Origin: Podarcis filfolensis
Lineage: Eukaryota
Strand: one strand, 5' to 3'
Assembly (NCBI GenBank): GCA_964270895.1
Contig: OZ185437.1
DNA: 64,000 bases
A program made the position numbers and the translations under genes. How positions within the stretch are numbered: the stretch's first letter is position 1; every line of letters begins with the position of its first letter. Positions 20,596-33,754 of the stretch are shown here, piece by piece. Under the pieces are notes generated by a model that was not told the DNA's origin, searched no databases, and worked only from the letters and a program-made list of their open reading frames with translations.

Positions 20596-21383
20596 ATATG
20601 CTCTGAATTTATGTGGCTTAAGCCACAACCAGGCTGTCTGAACATCCCCAATGGTGCTCATATTGGCAGCAAATGATTCTTTGGGTCAAGAGAGAGAAAC
20701 ATAACATCTGTTGCCTCATCAATATGGAACCCCCCAAAAAGTTTATTATGATTTTGGTACACCCCTGAAGACCATTCTTCTCTTTGGGGGTGATTTCACG
20801 CATCACCGCCCCACCCCCGACAAATACTTTGGGCCAGCACAAATAGTAGCTAGATTCTAGAAATGTAGGATGGGTGTAACTTGGGCTGTTTTTAAGGAGT
20901 CTTCTAAGTCTTTGATGCTAACTGGGTTTTTTTTGTATGTTCTTATATTTTTGTTCTGCTGTGTTATTATGAAATTGCTTTTGTAGTGTTTGTTTGAAAA
21001 GCATCCCTGTTTCTTTGTTGTAAGCCGCTTTGAGCACGATTTTTCTTTGTGTGTGGAAAAGTGGCATACAAATAAAATGAATGAATGAACTGTTGATAAA
21101 TCCACTCTAACTGCTTCAGCCCTTTTCTTTGGATTTGTAGGTTTTGGCATGATATGTGGCCATAATAACAAAAGGCTATTGCAGGTTACTTGCTACCCTT
21201 ACACCAAACGTTCAGCGATGCCTCTTTTACGCATGATGTTACAGAGCTTTCTGTTGCCGTGAGTATTTTAAGAGGGGGCATTTCGTTCTCAATAATATGG
21301 CACATTTCCACAGACAGCGTGGAAAAATGTATAAATGAGTGTTTTTAAAGATACAAAGTGGCCCTTCATCTGGGCGGTCATGA

Positions 21384-21403
21384 GTTGCCTAGCAACCAAT
21401 TGG
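21384..21403. promoter_or_regulatory. RFX X-box abutting a CCAAT palindrome
   Basis: GTTGCCTAGCAAC (21384-21396) overlapping CCAATTGG, in non-repeat DNA. Confidence 0.55.
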
Positions 21404-23050
21404 CTTCCCTTTCAATGTAAGAATTCAGAAGCTTTCTGACATCAAATTACTATTCCGATAATGCCTGCCTGAGTCTCCCTCACACAGTTGTATAGCAAGC
21501 AGAAATGTAAGACATGCAGCCGTCATGCTAATAGGAAAGCATTTTTGTCCTCCTCTCCTCAGTGGAAGGAAGCCAAAGTCTTGTGGCATACTTTCAAAGT
21601 GAAGCTCTCAGTATATTTGCAGCTTCAATTATATTGTTTCACTCTTCAGAAGTTTCTGCAAACTTCAAACTTTTCAACTTTCAGGGTCACCTCTGATGTT
21701 ACTTTACCTCAGGGGTCACCAACCTGTTTCGAGCCCATGGGCAGATTGGCAGATTAGAGAAACTGCCGTGATCACCACATTCACACACCACGACCAACCT
21801 ATGCTATGAGCTGAAACAGAAAGCTTCTTTCAGACTTAATTTCAGCAAGGGGTGGGGTGGGGTAGATGCACTGTGGATGCCAGGGAAGGTACATTGAACT
21901 CTGATAATGCCTCTTGCTTGTTTGAAGAATAGAGAGGAATCGGCTACTGTGCATGGAAACTTGCCTACTGTACAATTTACATTGGTTTCTCCACCCTCTT
22001 TTGCCTCTGTTCCTCCTTACCAGTGACCTTCACACAGTTTCCCATAAGAGAATGTGGCCCTCAAGTTGAAAATGGCTTCCCATACCTTTGATGTTTACAG
22101 AAGGGCAGAGTATTCAGCATGGTTCCCCCCCTCTTTTTCTAAAAAGCGGCTATCTCTGCAAATTGATTAACATGGAATAGAGATACTGTGCATTGCCTTC
22201 TCTAACCTTAGTGCAACCTATTTGCCTAACACTATTAAATTTAATTTTGAGAACTTCACCCTTGATCCAGAATCGCATCCTCCTGAGGTTCAATTTGGGT
22301 TAACTGCTGTAAATTAAATAATGGAAGTCCCATCCACAGAGAAGTCTTCTGATACAAGCTGCATTGAAGTCAATGGGATCTGCACCATCAAAATGGCCAG
22401 ACTGTGAGGCTGACAGCTTAATTAACTCGGTGGTGAACTCCATAGAAACAAGGTCCTGATAGGTTTAACCTCTATTACTCTTCTCCAACCATCTTCTATA
22501 CTTTAGAAGCAATTCTAAGGAATGTGTACCATCTAATCTGTGCCATCGTTGTTGGTGGGTGGACAAATGCCATTAGGAATGACAAAACTATCAAGCCTTC
22601 CATTGTTCCTTCCGTTTTAAATCTAAACAATTGCTTGCAGCAGCTGAGAAGGACTAAAAAAGTAAGGACAAAATGCCCTCACCCAACATTTCACAGAAAG
22701 GCTTTGCTGAGGGAAAAAGTTGTTCTTGCTTTTCCAGTTATAATTAGGTCTGCTAGATTAGTCACCCTGTTAACATTTATATATATATATGTATAAATAT
22801 ACATAGCCACTCTGGTTCTGTGAACAAAGAGTGACTGTGCAGAAGTTCTGTCATACTGCAAGTTCTTCCATATGTGGCTGTGTGGAACAGGAGTTATTGC
22901 CTTCTCCCTCACTTGCCCCACTGTATTCTTATCTCTGTTTATCAGTAGAGAAGTATTGGTTTTGGTCTGGGGACCAGCTATTCCCCCTTCAGTTCTGAGC
23001 TGGGACAGGCAATTACTTATGGCGGTGAGATGGGGACAAGAAACCCATTA

Positions 23051-23643
23051 CAGTTGTACCTTGGTTTTCGAACAGCTTAGTTCTTGAACGTTTTGGCTTC
23101 TGAACACTGCAAACCCAGAAGTGACTGTTCCGGTTTGCAGGGGCAGAGGAAGGGGGGTGCGATGGAGGCAGGTTGCCCCGGGTGCCACCACTGAGGGGTG
23201 TGACAAAATGCCAGGTGGCACTCCCTGTGGGGCCTGCAGCAACACGTCTCTCCTGGGAGTGATGTGGTGGCTTGGGTGCCCGCAGGCTCCACACTGCACC
23301 AAATGGTCTGCCTGCTACCTCCCTCCAGCTGTAGGGTGGCTGAGTGGGAGGAGGTAGGCAGACTCCTCAGAGGCCCAGCGGAGCATCCTGCCCCACCGGT
23401 GGCTGGCTGTGCCCCCATAGGTGCAGGACTTGCACGCCGCCCCAGGCGAATGATTGGCTTGCTCTGCCACTGCCGGTTTGCAAACTATTTTTGGAAGTTG
23501 AACATCCGATGGGGCTTCTCCGGCTTTCGATGGGCTGCAAGAGTTTCCTGCAGCCAATCAGAAGGCATGCTTTGGTTTTCAAACATTTTGGAAGTCGAAC
23601 GTACTTCTGGAATGGATTCCGTTCAACTTCCAAGGTACGGCTG
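23051..23643. mobile_element. Tc1/mariner (Tigger-like) MITE interrupted by a hAT MITE
   Basis: TIR CAGTTGTACCTTGG/CCAAGGTACGGCTG, TA on both flanks. Confidence 0.85.
23138..23472. mobile_element. hAT-type MITE nested in the mariner MITE
   Basis: TIR CAGGGGCAGAG/CTCTGCCACTG, 8-bp TSD CCGGTTTG. Confidence 0.88.
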
Positions 23644-23841
23644 TATATTGTATTTTCAAATCAGCTACCTACATCACCTCTCTGAGGTGCAACTTCCTCA
23701 TCTTTTTGAGTATTTAAAGCAGGAGTAGGGGATCTTCTTCTTTAAGAAAACCAACAATTTAAAGGCCTCATTCTCTTGCGGGCAGCCTTCCATGACTACA
23801 TGCATCTTGTTTTTTTCAGTAATTTATGTACATATTTATGT

Positions 23842-23915
23842 GGGATGAGCGCTGCATCCCATAGTCGCCTTTGATTGGACTCAAAACCGTCCAGGGGTCA
23901 TTTAACTTTACCTTA
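23842..23915 (+). mobile_element. Sauria SINE 3' fragment
   Basis: Matches the last ~75 bp of 18340-18728. Confidence 0.7.
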
Positions 23916-25079
23916 CCTAGTATATACATTTTTGTACATCTTAGCTGGAGAACTGCATTGCAAAATACGGAGTAACAATGCCATCCTATGAATGCTTAGT
24001 TAAAAAATATGCCTCAGTGATTAAATGGGACTTAACTCCCTAAGTAAGTGTTCAGAGGATTTGAACCTAAGTCTGGACCTCTTCAGCTGTTCAGAATTTG
24101 TATCAGGGAGAGGCATAGGTCCATGCAATTTGATCCTGCCCTCTACACCCTTCCCTCCCCACAATGAACAGGCTTACAATCCTCCCCACAATTTTGAACC
24201 CATTGTGTGCTGTTCTAGCCCATTGTCTGCATTCTGTAGGCATTTTTAGACACTCTTTTTACATAAATACTTTTCAATGCACAATAACAGTTCAGAACGT
24301 GGACCAAACAAATCCCTACCCAATTCCTAGCCCTAGTTTCTATACCTTTAACAGGGCCTCTGAGGCTTATGACTATCAGCTGTAATTTCAGTATTTCATA
24401 AATATAATTGTAAGCCTCATACGATTTCAATATTTCATGAAATGCCTTCAAGGGCTTATATTAGACTCTTGAGGACCTCAAAGTACTGTGTGAAACATAG
24501 CATGGCATCCACACCGTAAAGTAACCAATATGTAGAAACTGTTCTCCTCTCACTATTCAATCTTCACACTGTGCGCTGTGAGGCAATTTTTCATTTCTAC
24601 TTACGGTAGGTACACATGAAATTAAAGGAATGCAAAGGTTGTATCCTGTTTGCATGGCAATTCTGGGAAATGTCCGCTGTTTCACCAGCTTAGCTTTACA
24701 ACTCAGATAATCAAGCTGAGCCTGCGTAGATGTCTTCTCCACTGTTGCCATCACTGGCCATTCAACCTTGAATGGACTCTTCCTGCCCCTGACACATCAG
24801 TCAATGTAAATTCAAGATATAGCTTTATCTTCTTTACTTGCCTGCCAAGAACTGTTTTTCGCTCTGATTACAATTCCTGCTCCAGCTCCCCAGAGAGTTA
24901 AGATATGTCAATAGTGCCAGCCCAAGATGTTTTGTGCAATCTGCATTAGGAGCAGACTAAAAAGTCTTGCTGAACCATTTAGACACCAATTCCCACCTTC
25001 ATTTGCACCCAGTGCCCCCTCTCACGGTGCCTGCTAAACTGTACTGTGCTTCATTGCAGATGATGACAACAACAAAACA

Positions 25080-25510
25080 ACAACAATATTGTTTTTCTCA
25101 GCCTTTCACCTTGAGGTCCCAGGGCAAGTTACAACAATGTTAAAATATAGTATTGAAAATGGTTAAAATACATAGTAGTAAAAAGAATAGGGTGGGTCAT
25201 AAAATATACATCTCAGGTTTTAAAGAGGTTCACCTTCAGAGAACAGTGGAATCTATATAATGAAAGTGTCATGTGCGCCTCTGTGGAAAGTGAACCCCAC
25301 AACTCAGAGGCTGCCAAAGAGAATGCCCTCTCTGGGGCCACCAACCCCTGAACTTCTGAGGGTGGTGGAATTGCCAAGAGGCTCTCCTCTGCTAACACCC
25401 AAGAGGGTCTGTAGGAAAGGATATTTGTGGCCTAAGTCATTTAGGGCTTTAAAAACTAATGTGAGCACATTGAATTGGGGCCGGAAACAAACTGGCAATC
25501 AATACAGCTG
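25080..25510 (-). mobile_element. L2 LINE 3' fragment (degenerate)
   Basis: Frames give LPVCFRPQFNVLTLVFKALNDLG and RAFSLAASELWGSL, decayed L2 ORF2 C-terminal motifs. Confidence 0.8.
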
Positions 25511-28249
25511 TTCTAAAACACAAAATATGTATGTTCTAAAGGGAACCACAGTAATCAGGTGGCAACAGGGGACTTATTCTCATTTCTGTGAGTTTAACAG
25601 CTGGAAATAGTAGTATAGCTTTGACAGATCAAAATACGACCACCAGTGCCCCCAAGCACTTGCCAGTCGTCTTATTAGAAGTTTAATATTACAGAAGCTC
25701 AGCCTGGAACAAGCACTATTTATGTAAGCATCCTTTCCCGGAAAACATTTAATTCAATATTAAACTGGTTGGGGAAAGCAGAACAGATTATTTCCAAGGT
25801 TTTTGCATGTGGGAGTTAGGGCAGGAGAAAAAAAAAATCTCACACTGTGGGCCTTTTGGTCACCCATGTACCCCCACTTCAGACATTTTATTATTTGAAC
25901 AGGAATAATTAGTATCTTGCTTGGTTTTAACAACGAGCAGAAACTATTAATTAACTGAAGCTGACTGGCTCTGCTTGTGATCACCATTGTAGGGAACAAA
26001 TTGACTAAATTAATAAGACTGGGAGAAGGGAGTCAGCAAAAAAATGAAGCCTATGTCAAATTCTCTCTCTCTCTCTTTTAATATAGAAAAAGTTAGCACG
26101 GGTGGTCTGCTCACTTTTGTTACTGTCCCAAGATTTGAACCCAGGTACCTAGTTTAAGGCTAACAACCCACTCACTGCATCAGCTTTCCCCAAAACTGGT
26201 GCACTCCAGATGTTTTGCTCTACAACTCCTATCACTGCAACCAGGATGGCCAATGGTCTGGGATGATGGAAACTGGAGCCCAACAACAGCCAGTGTGCAG
26301 AAGACTACACTGCACCATAACTGCATGCATGATTCTGGTTTGGAGGATTGGAGATGTGTCCTCTTTTTCTCAGAGTGAGGTCTCCAAACCCAGATTACAG
26401 ACCACCAGTCCTGGTTTGCAGAGCTTGTTGTCAGTTTGTAGAATGGTAGAGTTCAAAGGGAACCCAAGATTCATCTAGTTCAACTTCCAGCAATGCAAGA
26501 ATCTAAGCTAAAGCATCCATGACAGAATGGATGTAATGCAATCTGCATGGACTCTGGACAGTCACTGTGGGAACTGAAGGCTGTACAAAGGTAAGAACCC
26601 CATCTGTTTCCTCACCCACTTTTGCACCTGGCCTTTGGACTGAGAATGGTTCCCCACCTTTGCTGTGTCATTTTATGATTTTCTGTTTTATGAATCACCT
26701 GCTTCGCACAAGTCTCAAGGCAACTGACATGAAATCAACTAAATGTAGCTTTAGAAACAGCACAAAACATGACAACTAAAGAGAGGCTTTAGAAACAATG
26801 CAGAATAAACACCTAAGGCAGGGACCTTTTCATTCAGCAGAAAAGTCTTGTCAAAACAAAAAGTCTTCAACTTTATCCACAAAGTACAAATAGCAGGTGC
26901 CAGCCATATCTCAACAGAGATGTTGTTCTGTAGAATGGGGGCAGCCACACTGAAAGCCCTGCTTTGAGTTACTGTGGAGCAGGCATCTGATATTTTAGGA
27001 ACTTCAAAGAGATGCAGGATATAGGCATCTTGACTCGTCCCACTTTACACACTGAGATAAGGGTGAAAATGGGCACATACAGTGGTGCACACATACTGTA
27101 GCTCCTCTACGTGACTGGGAACCCTGTTCGCCCAGCGTTCCTGATCCCATGGAAGGATCTACATATGTGCCACACTCTCCATGTAGAAGAAGTCCAAATG
27201 CCACCTTCACAACCACATCTAAAGGCCAAGTCCATCCAGCAAGATCTTGCTTCCTCCCATGTGTAGAGTGGACATGTAGAGCATTCAAGGCAGAGAGCTA
27301 TTTCTGGCTTGTATTAAATCATAGAGATGTGGCTTATGGTGCTATTCTCTTACTGTTTACTGGTAATGTAGCTCTCTCCCACCTAGCATAAAGGAGTTTT
27401 AACTTTTGCTCGCATCTGCTGCAGTACTGGGTCATGTGTGTAACCCCAGCTGGAGTTAACAGCTTAATTGCTATAACCTCACTGCCATTTCAGAGTTCAA
27501 GTACAGTACCTTCTGAAATGAAAACACTCTCACTTTGTATTATATTTTCAATCTCTCATACTAGAATTCACCCTCCTACCTGGTTAAAGTGAATTACTAC
27601 TATAATAAATTAATCACAATTCTCTTCCAATTTGCACAGAGAATTTTTATCATAGTATTGTGCTCTTGCAAAGTAATCATACTGCTAGGTACCGTAATTT
27701 GCATTGTATTTGATCGTTTAATACAGACTTCCATAACAGCCACTTCAGTTTAGTGATTTATTGATAATCACTGTAGTCTTGTTCTGATTGTCCTGTTAAA
27801 TGAAATTAGATTAGGACTTGTTCCTACATTATCATGGGGCATGACTTCCTAAATAAGAAAGAGGTCTTGCACAACTTCGAAAGCACTTAGCTTAGACTTA
27901 CTATGTCCTAGGCTGAAAAAGTTCAAAGGTCACAGACAGATTTTAAGAGCTCTTCTGTAAGCTCTGTGTCCTAACTTGACATCGGGATAATGAAGAGGGA
28001 ATTCTGCATTGATCTAATTGCAACAGGACTAAGCTCATATCCTCACCATACATTTAAAGCACATGGCTTCCACCAAAGGATCCTGGGGCCTCTTGTTTCA
28101 CCCTTGCAGAGCTACCATTCCAAGCACCCTTAACAAACTACAGTTCCCATGATCCTTTGAGGAACACAATGTGCTTTAAATGTATGGTGAGGGAGTGACC
28201 GAAGGTAAAGAGACAACTCCTAAGAGGAATGTAGCCAACAGTCATGCTG

Positions 28250-28380
28250 GTAGAACATGAGACTCTTAATTTCAGAGTTGTGGGTTCAAGCCCTATGCTG
28301 GGCAAAAGATTCTTGCATTGCAGGGAATCGGGCTAGATGGCCCTCACGGTCCCTTTCAACTCTACAATGCTATGATTCTA
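28250..28380 (+). mobile_element. tRNA-Lys-head/CR1-tail SINE
   Basis: Same family as 42127-42270. Confidence 0.75.
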
Positions 28381-31300
28381 GGATTACCTGGTTGCAATAC
28401 ACACAATAACACTATAAGGCAAGCCAAGATTGTGATTTCTCCTGAGACTGAGAGCTTGCTTGGGAGACAGGCACTATCCTGTAAGAAAAACAGATCTTTG
28501 CCACATTTATTTATTTATTCAATATATATTCCACCCTTCCTCCCAAAGGAGACCAAGGTGGCAGTGGAAAGACTGTCAAGATTTATATGGAAAAATTAAC
28601 CACACCAAATATGTTTTGTACATTTTCTTATTGGACACAAAGGAGCCATGATAGAAACAGTGGTTTCTTGTGGCTGCAGCTCAACCTCTTGAACAGACTA
28701 ATAAACATGGTCTTTATAGACCAAAGACAAGATCTGGTCAATGATTTTTAAAGTCCTGCTGATGTCAAAAGCAACTGTAAAGCAGGTGTTTATTTTTACC
28801 CCTTTGGAATAAGTGGGGAATACATGTGTTTACAAGCAGCTGCATTATGCCCATAATTTTTTGCAGATCAGCTTAGCACAAACATCTCTCTTTGTGGGAT
28901 TTGTTTGCAACCAAATGAAAGAATTGTACTACTGCTGGCACCCAAACCAATTAGAATTTTGTCACTGAAATTTAGATTCAGAAATACAAATACAAATGGA
29001 GACCATGATAATTTCTGGTGTATCTTTGGGATTTCAGACATTGCATATTTTTTCAGGGGTGTTGGGGAGGAACGTCAACATTCAGCATGTGAAATATTAA
29101 CGATACTGATAAAATTCCAGGCATCCACTGTAACTTGGATAACAAAGTTGGATGCACAGTGAAACTTGCCTTCTTTACAAATCCTTTATTTATAAGATTT
29201 TCAGCAAGAACTCTACAATCTTTATTATTGCTAAGTTGTTAGAACTTCAGACAACTCTCCAGAAGGCCCATGCCTAATGCTCAATATACACCAGGGAACT
29301 AAGGGCATTTAAAATCACAATTCAACATTCATTGCTAGAAAACAAAACAAAACAAAAATACCTATCAAGGGAAATCATTTTCACAGCAACTAGCATACTG
29401 CAAAATACTTGGAGAAGACAGCAATTTGCCTTTTGTTTCCTTTTTAACTTGTGGAATTATATTGGAAGGGTGTCTTCTGTTTGAATAATATAACCCTGAA
29501 TGCAATAGTTCAAAATTGCCTCCCTAATAGGGTGACATCTAATGAGTTCATTAAACTCAAAATTATATGTAATATTTATGGATGTTATTGTCAATGAACC
29601 AAAACAAGTAGCATTAAAATCATGGAGCCATAAACTGTTATAATGAATAGTGATTGCTGGAAGGTGAGTTATCTGTGCTCTGATCCATTTATAAAACTGC
29701 AATATATTCATAAGAAAAGAACAGTTCACTTCACTGTTTCAGAAGGGAATTGAGCAGCAGCACAGAAGGCTTAGTAACAAAAAATTCCCCATAATAAATG
29801 TGTAATGCTCAAATGCTAAATAGAAATGCTTTAAATTAAAATCTTTCTCTGCAAGGTTAATTGCAATATAACATTTTCTCTTTTATGAACAATTAAGTAA
29901 TTGTGAAATGTGTGCATGTAATTTCAATGTCATTGTCTTTCACCACCAGTTGATATGGGGAAAACTGTGTATAGAGTATAACTTATTCAAAACGTAGCAT
30001 CTTTGCCTTTTAGCATCCACGCACACTAATAATGATGCTTTTCCAAACAGATATACAGAGGCCAATGACTGACATATCAGTTCCACCTGAAGTATTCTGG
30101 AGCACCATGGCTTCCCTTTGCAAAAGTTTCCGGGGGGCTGTAAAGGCTACAGGAAGTTTTGTTTGCTATGAGTTGGATCCAGGCTAACTGTTGGGCAGAA
30201 TTCTGCCTGCCGTACTCTCCTGATAGAAGAAACGGGGAGATTATTTTGACCGATGTTGCCCCTTTCCCCCTTTCCTTATTTTTCTCATCCTTTCCAAAGA
30301 CTACCTTTCCAATTTTTGCTTTGTTTCTTTCAGTGCAATATTATTTCCACCCCCCCCCCACACACACTAGAGAAGCACAGAGACCCCAAACACTGGCAGT
30401 CTTTGTGTTGTACTTGGCAAATGTAGAGGACCCAGTTTCTGCTACCTTTCACCTCCTGTTTGCCCGAAGACAGGATGTTAGGGTGACAGCCTCTCAGCTG
30501 CCTGCTTGCCTTTCTCTGCAGGTGCTTAAGGGAAGTTGCTGAGCCTTTTCTCCTCTGCTTCAGACATTCGGGACAACAATGCTGCTAATAAGTGGTGATA
30601 TTGTTGCATTTGCACTTTCTGAAAATGTTTCTTATCTGCGATTGGTTCTCTTGATTATATAGGACAGGAGTAGCTAACCTCTGGCCCTACAACTGTTCCT
30701 GGATTATAGCTACCATAATCTCTGCCTATTAGCTATGCTGGCTGAGGTTGATGGAAGTTGGGACTGAAAAAAAAAAACATCTACAGGATCACAGATTTCC
30801 CACTGCTGATAGAGTTATATACGTTTGTGTCGTGAATTTGTTTGATCCTCCGTCATCTCCCTAGATCATTGGACAATGTTCACAGGATGATCGGAGCAAA
30901 AGGATTGCCTGCAGACTTCTTCTGTAGTCTCCTTCTACCCTGCTGGCACTCTTTTGTACCGCACTGGGAAACAAGGTGAATTGCTTGTTTTTTCCCTTCT
31001 ACCTTGATTCCAAACTAAATGGTTGCCTGAGGGGTTCTTTGAATATTTCATTTGCCATCTTCATCCAGACTTCTACATTGCGGCATCTTGTTGCCGGTTC
31101 ATTTATTGTTTCTTTTGTAATTGCAGTAATCACACCAATTTTATACTGTACACCTGTGAAAATGTCTTGTGACGCCCCAGGGGGGAGCTCTCCTACAGAA
31201 ACCTCTCTACTTTCAATGCAACAACTGGCAGGAAATGTGGAATCCATGTGGATGCTTCCTCCACCATATCACATGGGCCCCATATCGACAGAAATGACTG

Positions 31301-33293
31301 CTGCTGGGCTGTTATCTCTCTCTAGAATAGATGGTTGGGTATCATTGCTGTTGGCTATCTTGAAAGATCTCTAATAGCTATGCCTATTAGTGCCTGCACA
31401 TTCTCCCTTAGAATCCTGGCAACACAATTCCATCTGAAAGTTTCTTATATATGCAGTTTCTCCCATTGCAAATGTTACTTGAACTGAAAGGATTGCAACC
31501 AAGGCCAAACCCCTTGTGCTTATCAGCCACAGACAAGTTTCCTAATAGCCCCAGATCTTCTGGCCTCCCCAGATTAATGCTACTGGTGTGTTCTTGCTTA
31601 ATTTGCATGTGGCGACTCTTCTCTAGGCTACTTGTGTAGAATGACAGTGTGACTAATAACTAGCTTCTAATGAGCAACCCTTCAATGCAGCCATGCACGG
31701 TTGATTGTACTGTATCTTCTGAAGAAAAAATGATTGACTGGAGTAGCTAGAGCCTCCTACCTTCTCTTTTGTAGACAGCAATCCCCATATTTCAGTGGCG
31801 TTTATGAATTCTAAGTGTTTGATTGTATCATTAACATTTTCCCAGGAGTGCATTTATTTTTTATTAACAAAAAATACCACTCATCTCACTTCTCCTACAA
31901 AATGGGGCTGGCTGGGCAATGTTTACAAGATGTTTTTCAGGATTTTACTGGCTAAGATACAATGGGGGAAATCTGTGGCTCTCCAGATGTTGTTGGACTG
32001 TAACCCCTACCATCTCCGATCATTGCTTATTCTGATAGGAGTTGGAGTCCATCATATTTGGAGAGCCACAAGTTCCCTATCCCTGGGCAAAGGTATACTT
32101 TCCTAGGAGGGAAATATTCGCTGCTAGTAATGGATGGAGGACATAGAGAGGTGTGCAAATGTGCGCAGAAACTAGCCTACTACCCACCTTTGCCTCTGCA
32201 CACCTCTCTCTGTCCTCCATCCAGAATTTAAGGGCACATTCCAGCTATGCAAAAGTACTTAAGGACAATGTGAAGTAGGGCCATTGAGAGCTATGGTCTG
32301 AGGGGAAGAGTCATGAGGGCCTGATAGAAAGGCTCAGAGGGCCACGACTGGCTCCTGAGCCCAAGCATCCCCAACACTGTGATAAATTGTGTGAACCTTC
32401 CCATCCACAAAGGTCTTGGCCTAGAAACAGCTAGCATGTTGTGACACACTGCTTATGGGAATTGTTGTTCATGTGCCTCTGGTGCAGGTGCCACTCTCCA
32501 GACTTTGTGTTCCACCCATTCCCATTGGAAGCTTGGTGGATTATGTGTAAAAGCAGGATGTAGCCTTCATAGAGGTAAACACCATGATAGACTTTCAGCG
32601 TTTAGTCAGCCCAAGCATCGCTTTCTCGCACTGTAGTTGTCGCTGTCACAAGTGTTTCAAACATAAGTGATATGCAACATATCACTTTTTTAAAAAATAT
32701 ATTCTTTCTGACCTATGGGCTAATAGAAGGATGAATAGAGTGCTTAGAATTAAAGGGAATAGAATAAGACTGCTGGAAAGAAAGGGACTAGAGATGTAAT
32801 TATCATCTGAATGGGGGTACTTGCCCTGTTTAAATGCACAGGCAGAACTGAGGAGAGCAGGCACTTAATCCTGCAAATGTTGCCTCCTGCTCCAAGAAGC
32901 CCTATTGGGGCACAGGAGAGATGCAAGCAGCAATGACAGATACTTCCAGGCTTTGATGGAGCATCTCTCCCCCTAGGGATAGCACTACTAGTCCCAGAAT
33001 CCCCAGTGGGATTTGATGCTAGGCATGCATCACACTTATTGCACTTGGGAAATGATGTGCTTTACACTTTACTGTGTAAATTTGCTGTTGGAGTTTCTGG
33101 AGCTAGTATCTCCAGTTCTGCTTGCATCTATGGAGGGGAAAGATGCTCCACCAGGGGAATACATGCTGCCTCTTCCTTCCTGTCCCTTGCCCCTCCTTGC
33201 TCAAGGTAAAATACTGGGTTCTTGGTGCCGGCCGCCCTGAAGTACAGCAGACCATACTTGGTTTGCGAACACCCTTCTGCCCTGTCCTGTCCT

Positions 33294-33754
33294 TGACAAA
33301 AGCCCATGAGGCACAAAGGGAATAAGGTAACAATGGTAGTCTAATAGTTCCAGCACCCTGGACAGCTCCAAGTGCGCAACATCTTCCCAAATAGTGTAGA
33401 ATGGGCCTGAAGCTTTTATTGCTCCACAACCTCTTCCCTGAAGAGCGGAAAGTCTTAAAGGGGCAGATGCCTGGCTCCTCCTCTCAGACAATTCCCTCCC
33501 AGCTTGCTGCCTGGGTTGATGGACCAACATGGGGGAGCACTGGGTCTCTAGAGTGGAGCAGGATGGTTCTGGCAGGGGTTCCAGTAACTCTAAATTGATT
33601 GGCTCAGACTTTAACTCAGGCCCAGTTTTTATGCTAAGACTTTTGCCAGTTTCTAGCATGTCTGCCACCCATGCTATTGGTCTGCTGAATCTGGTTTCTT
33701 CCTCCTCAACTGAGTCATAGCCCAGGCTGCTGCTCAGGGTGGAGGGTCCTGACA
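33294..33754 (-). mobile_element. LTR-like remnant, possibly related in design to the Gypsy LTR
   Basis: Minus strand begins TGTCAGGAC (Gypsy LTR begins TGTCAGGGA), purine-rich open U3-like segment, AATAAAA at ~33414-33420; left boundary and TSD not established. Confidence 0.45.

Noticed and set aside
33130-33205. Resemblance of MEGK/DAPPG-EY to FGF12/FGF13 alternative N-termini
   Set aside because: Only a few residues match and no FHF core exon is present in the window; no gene symbol assigned.
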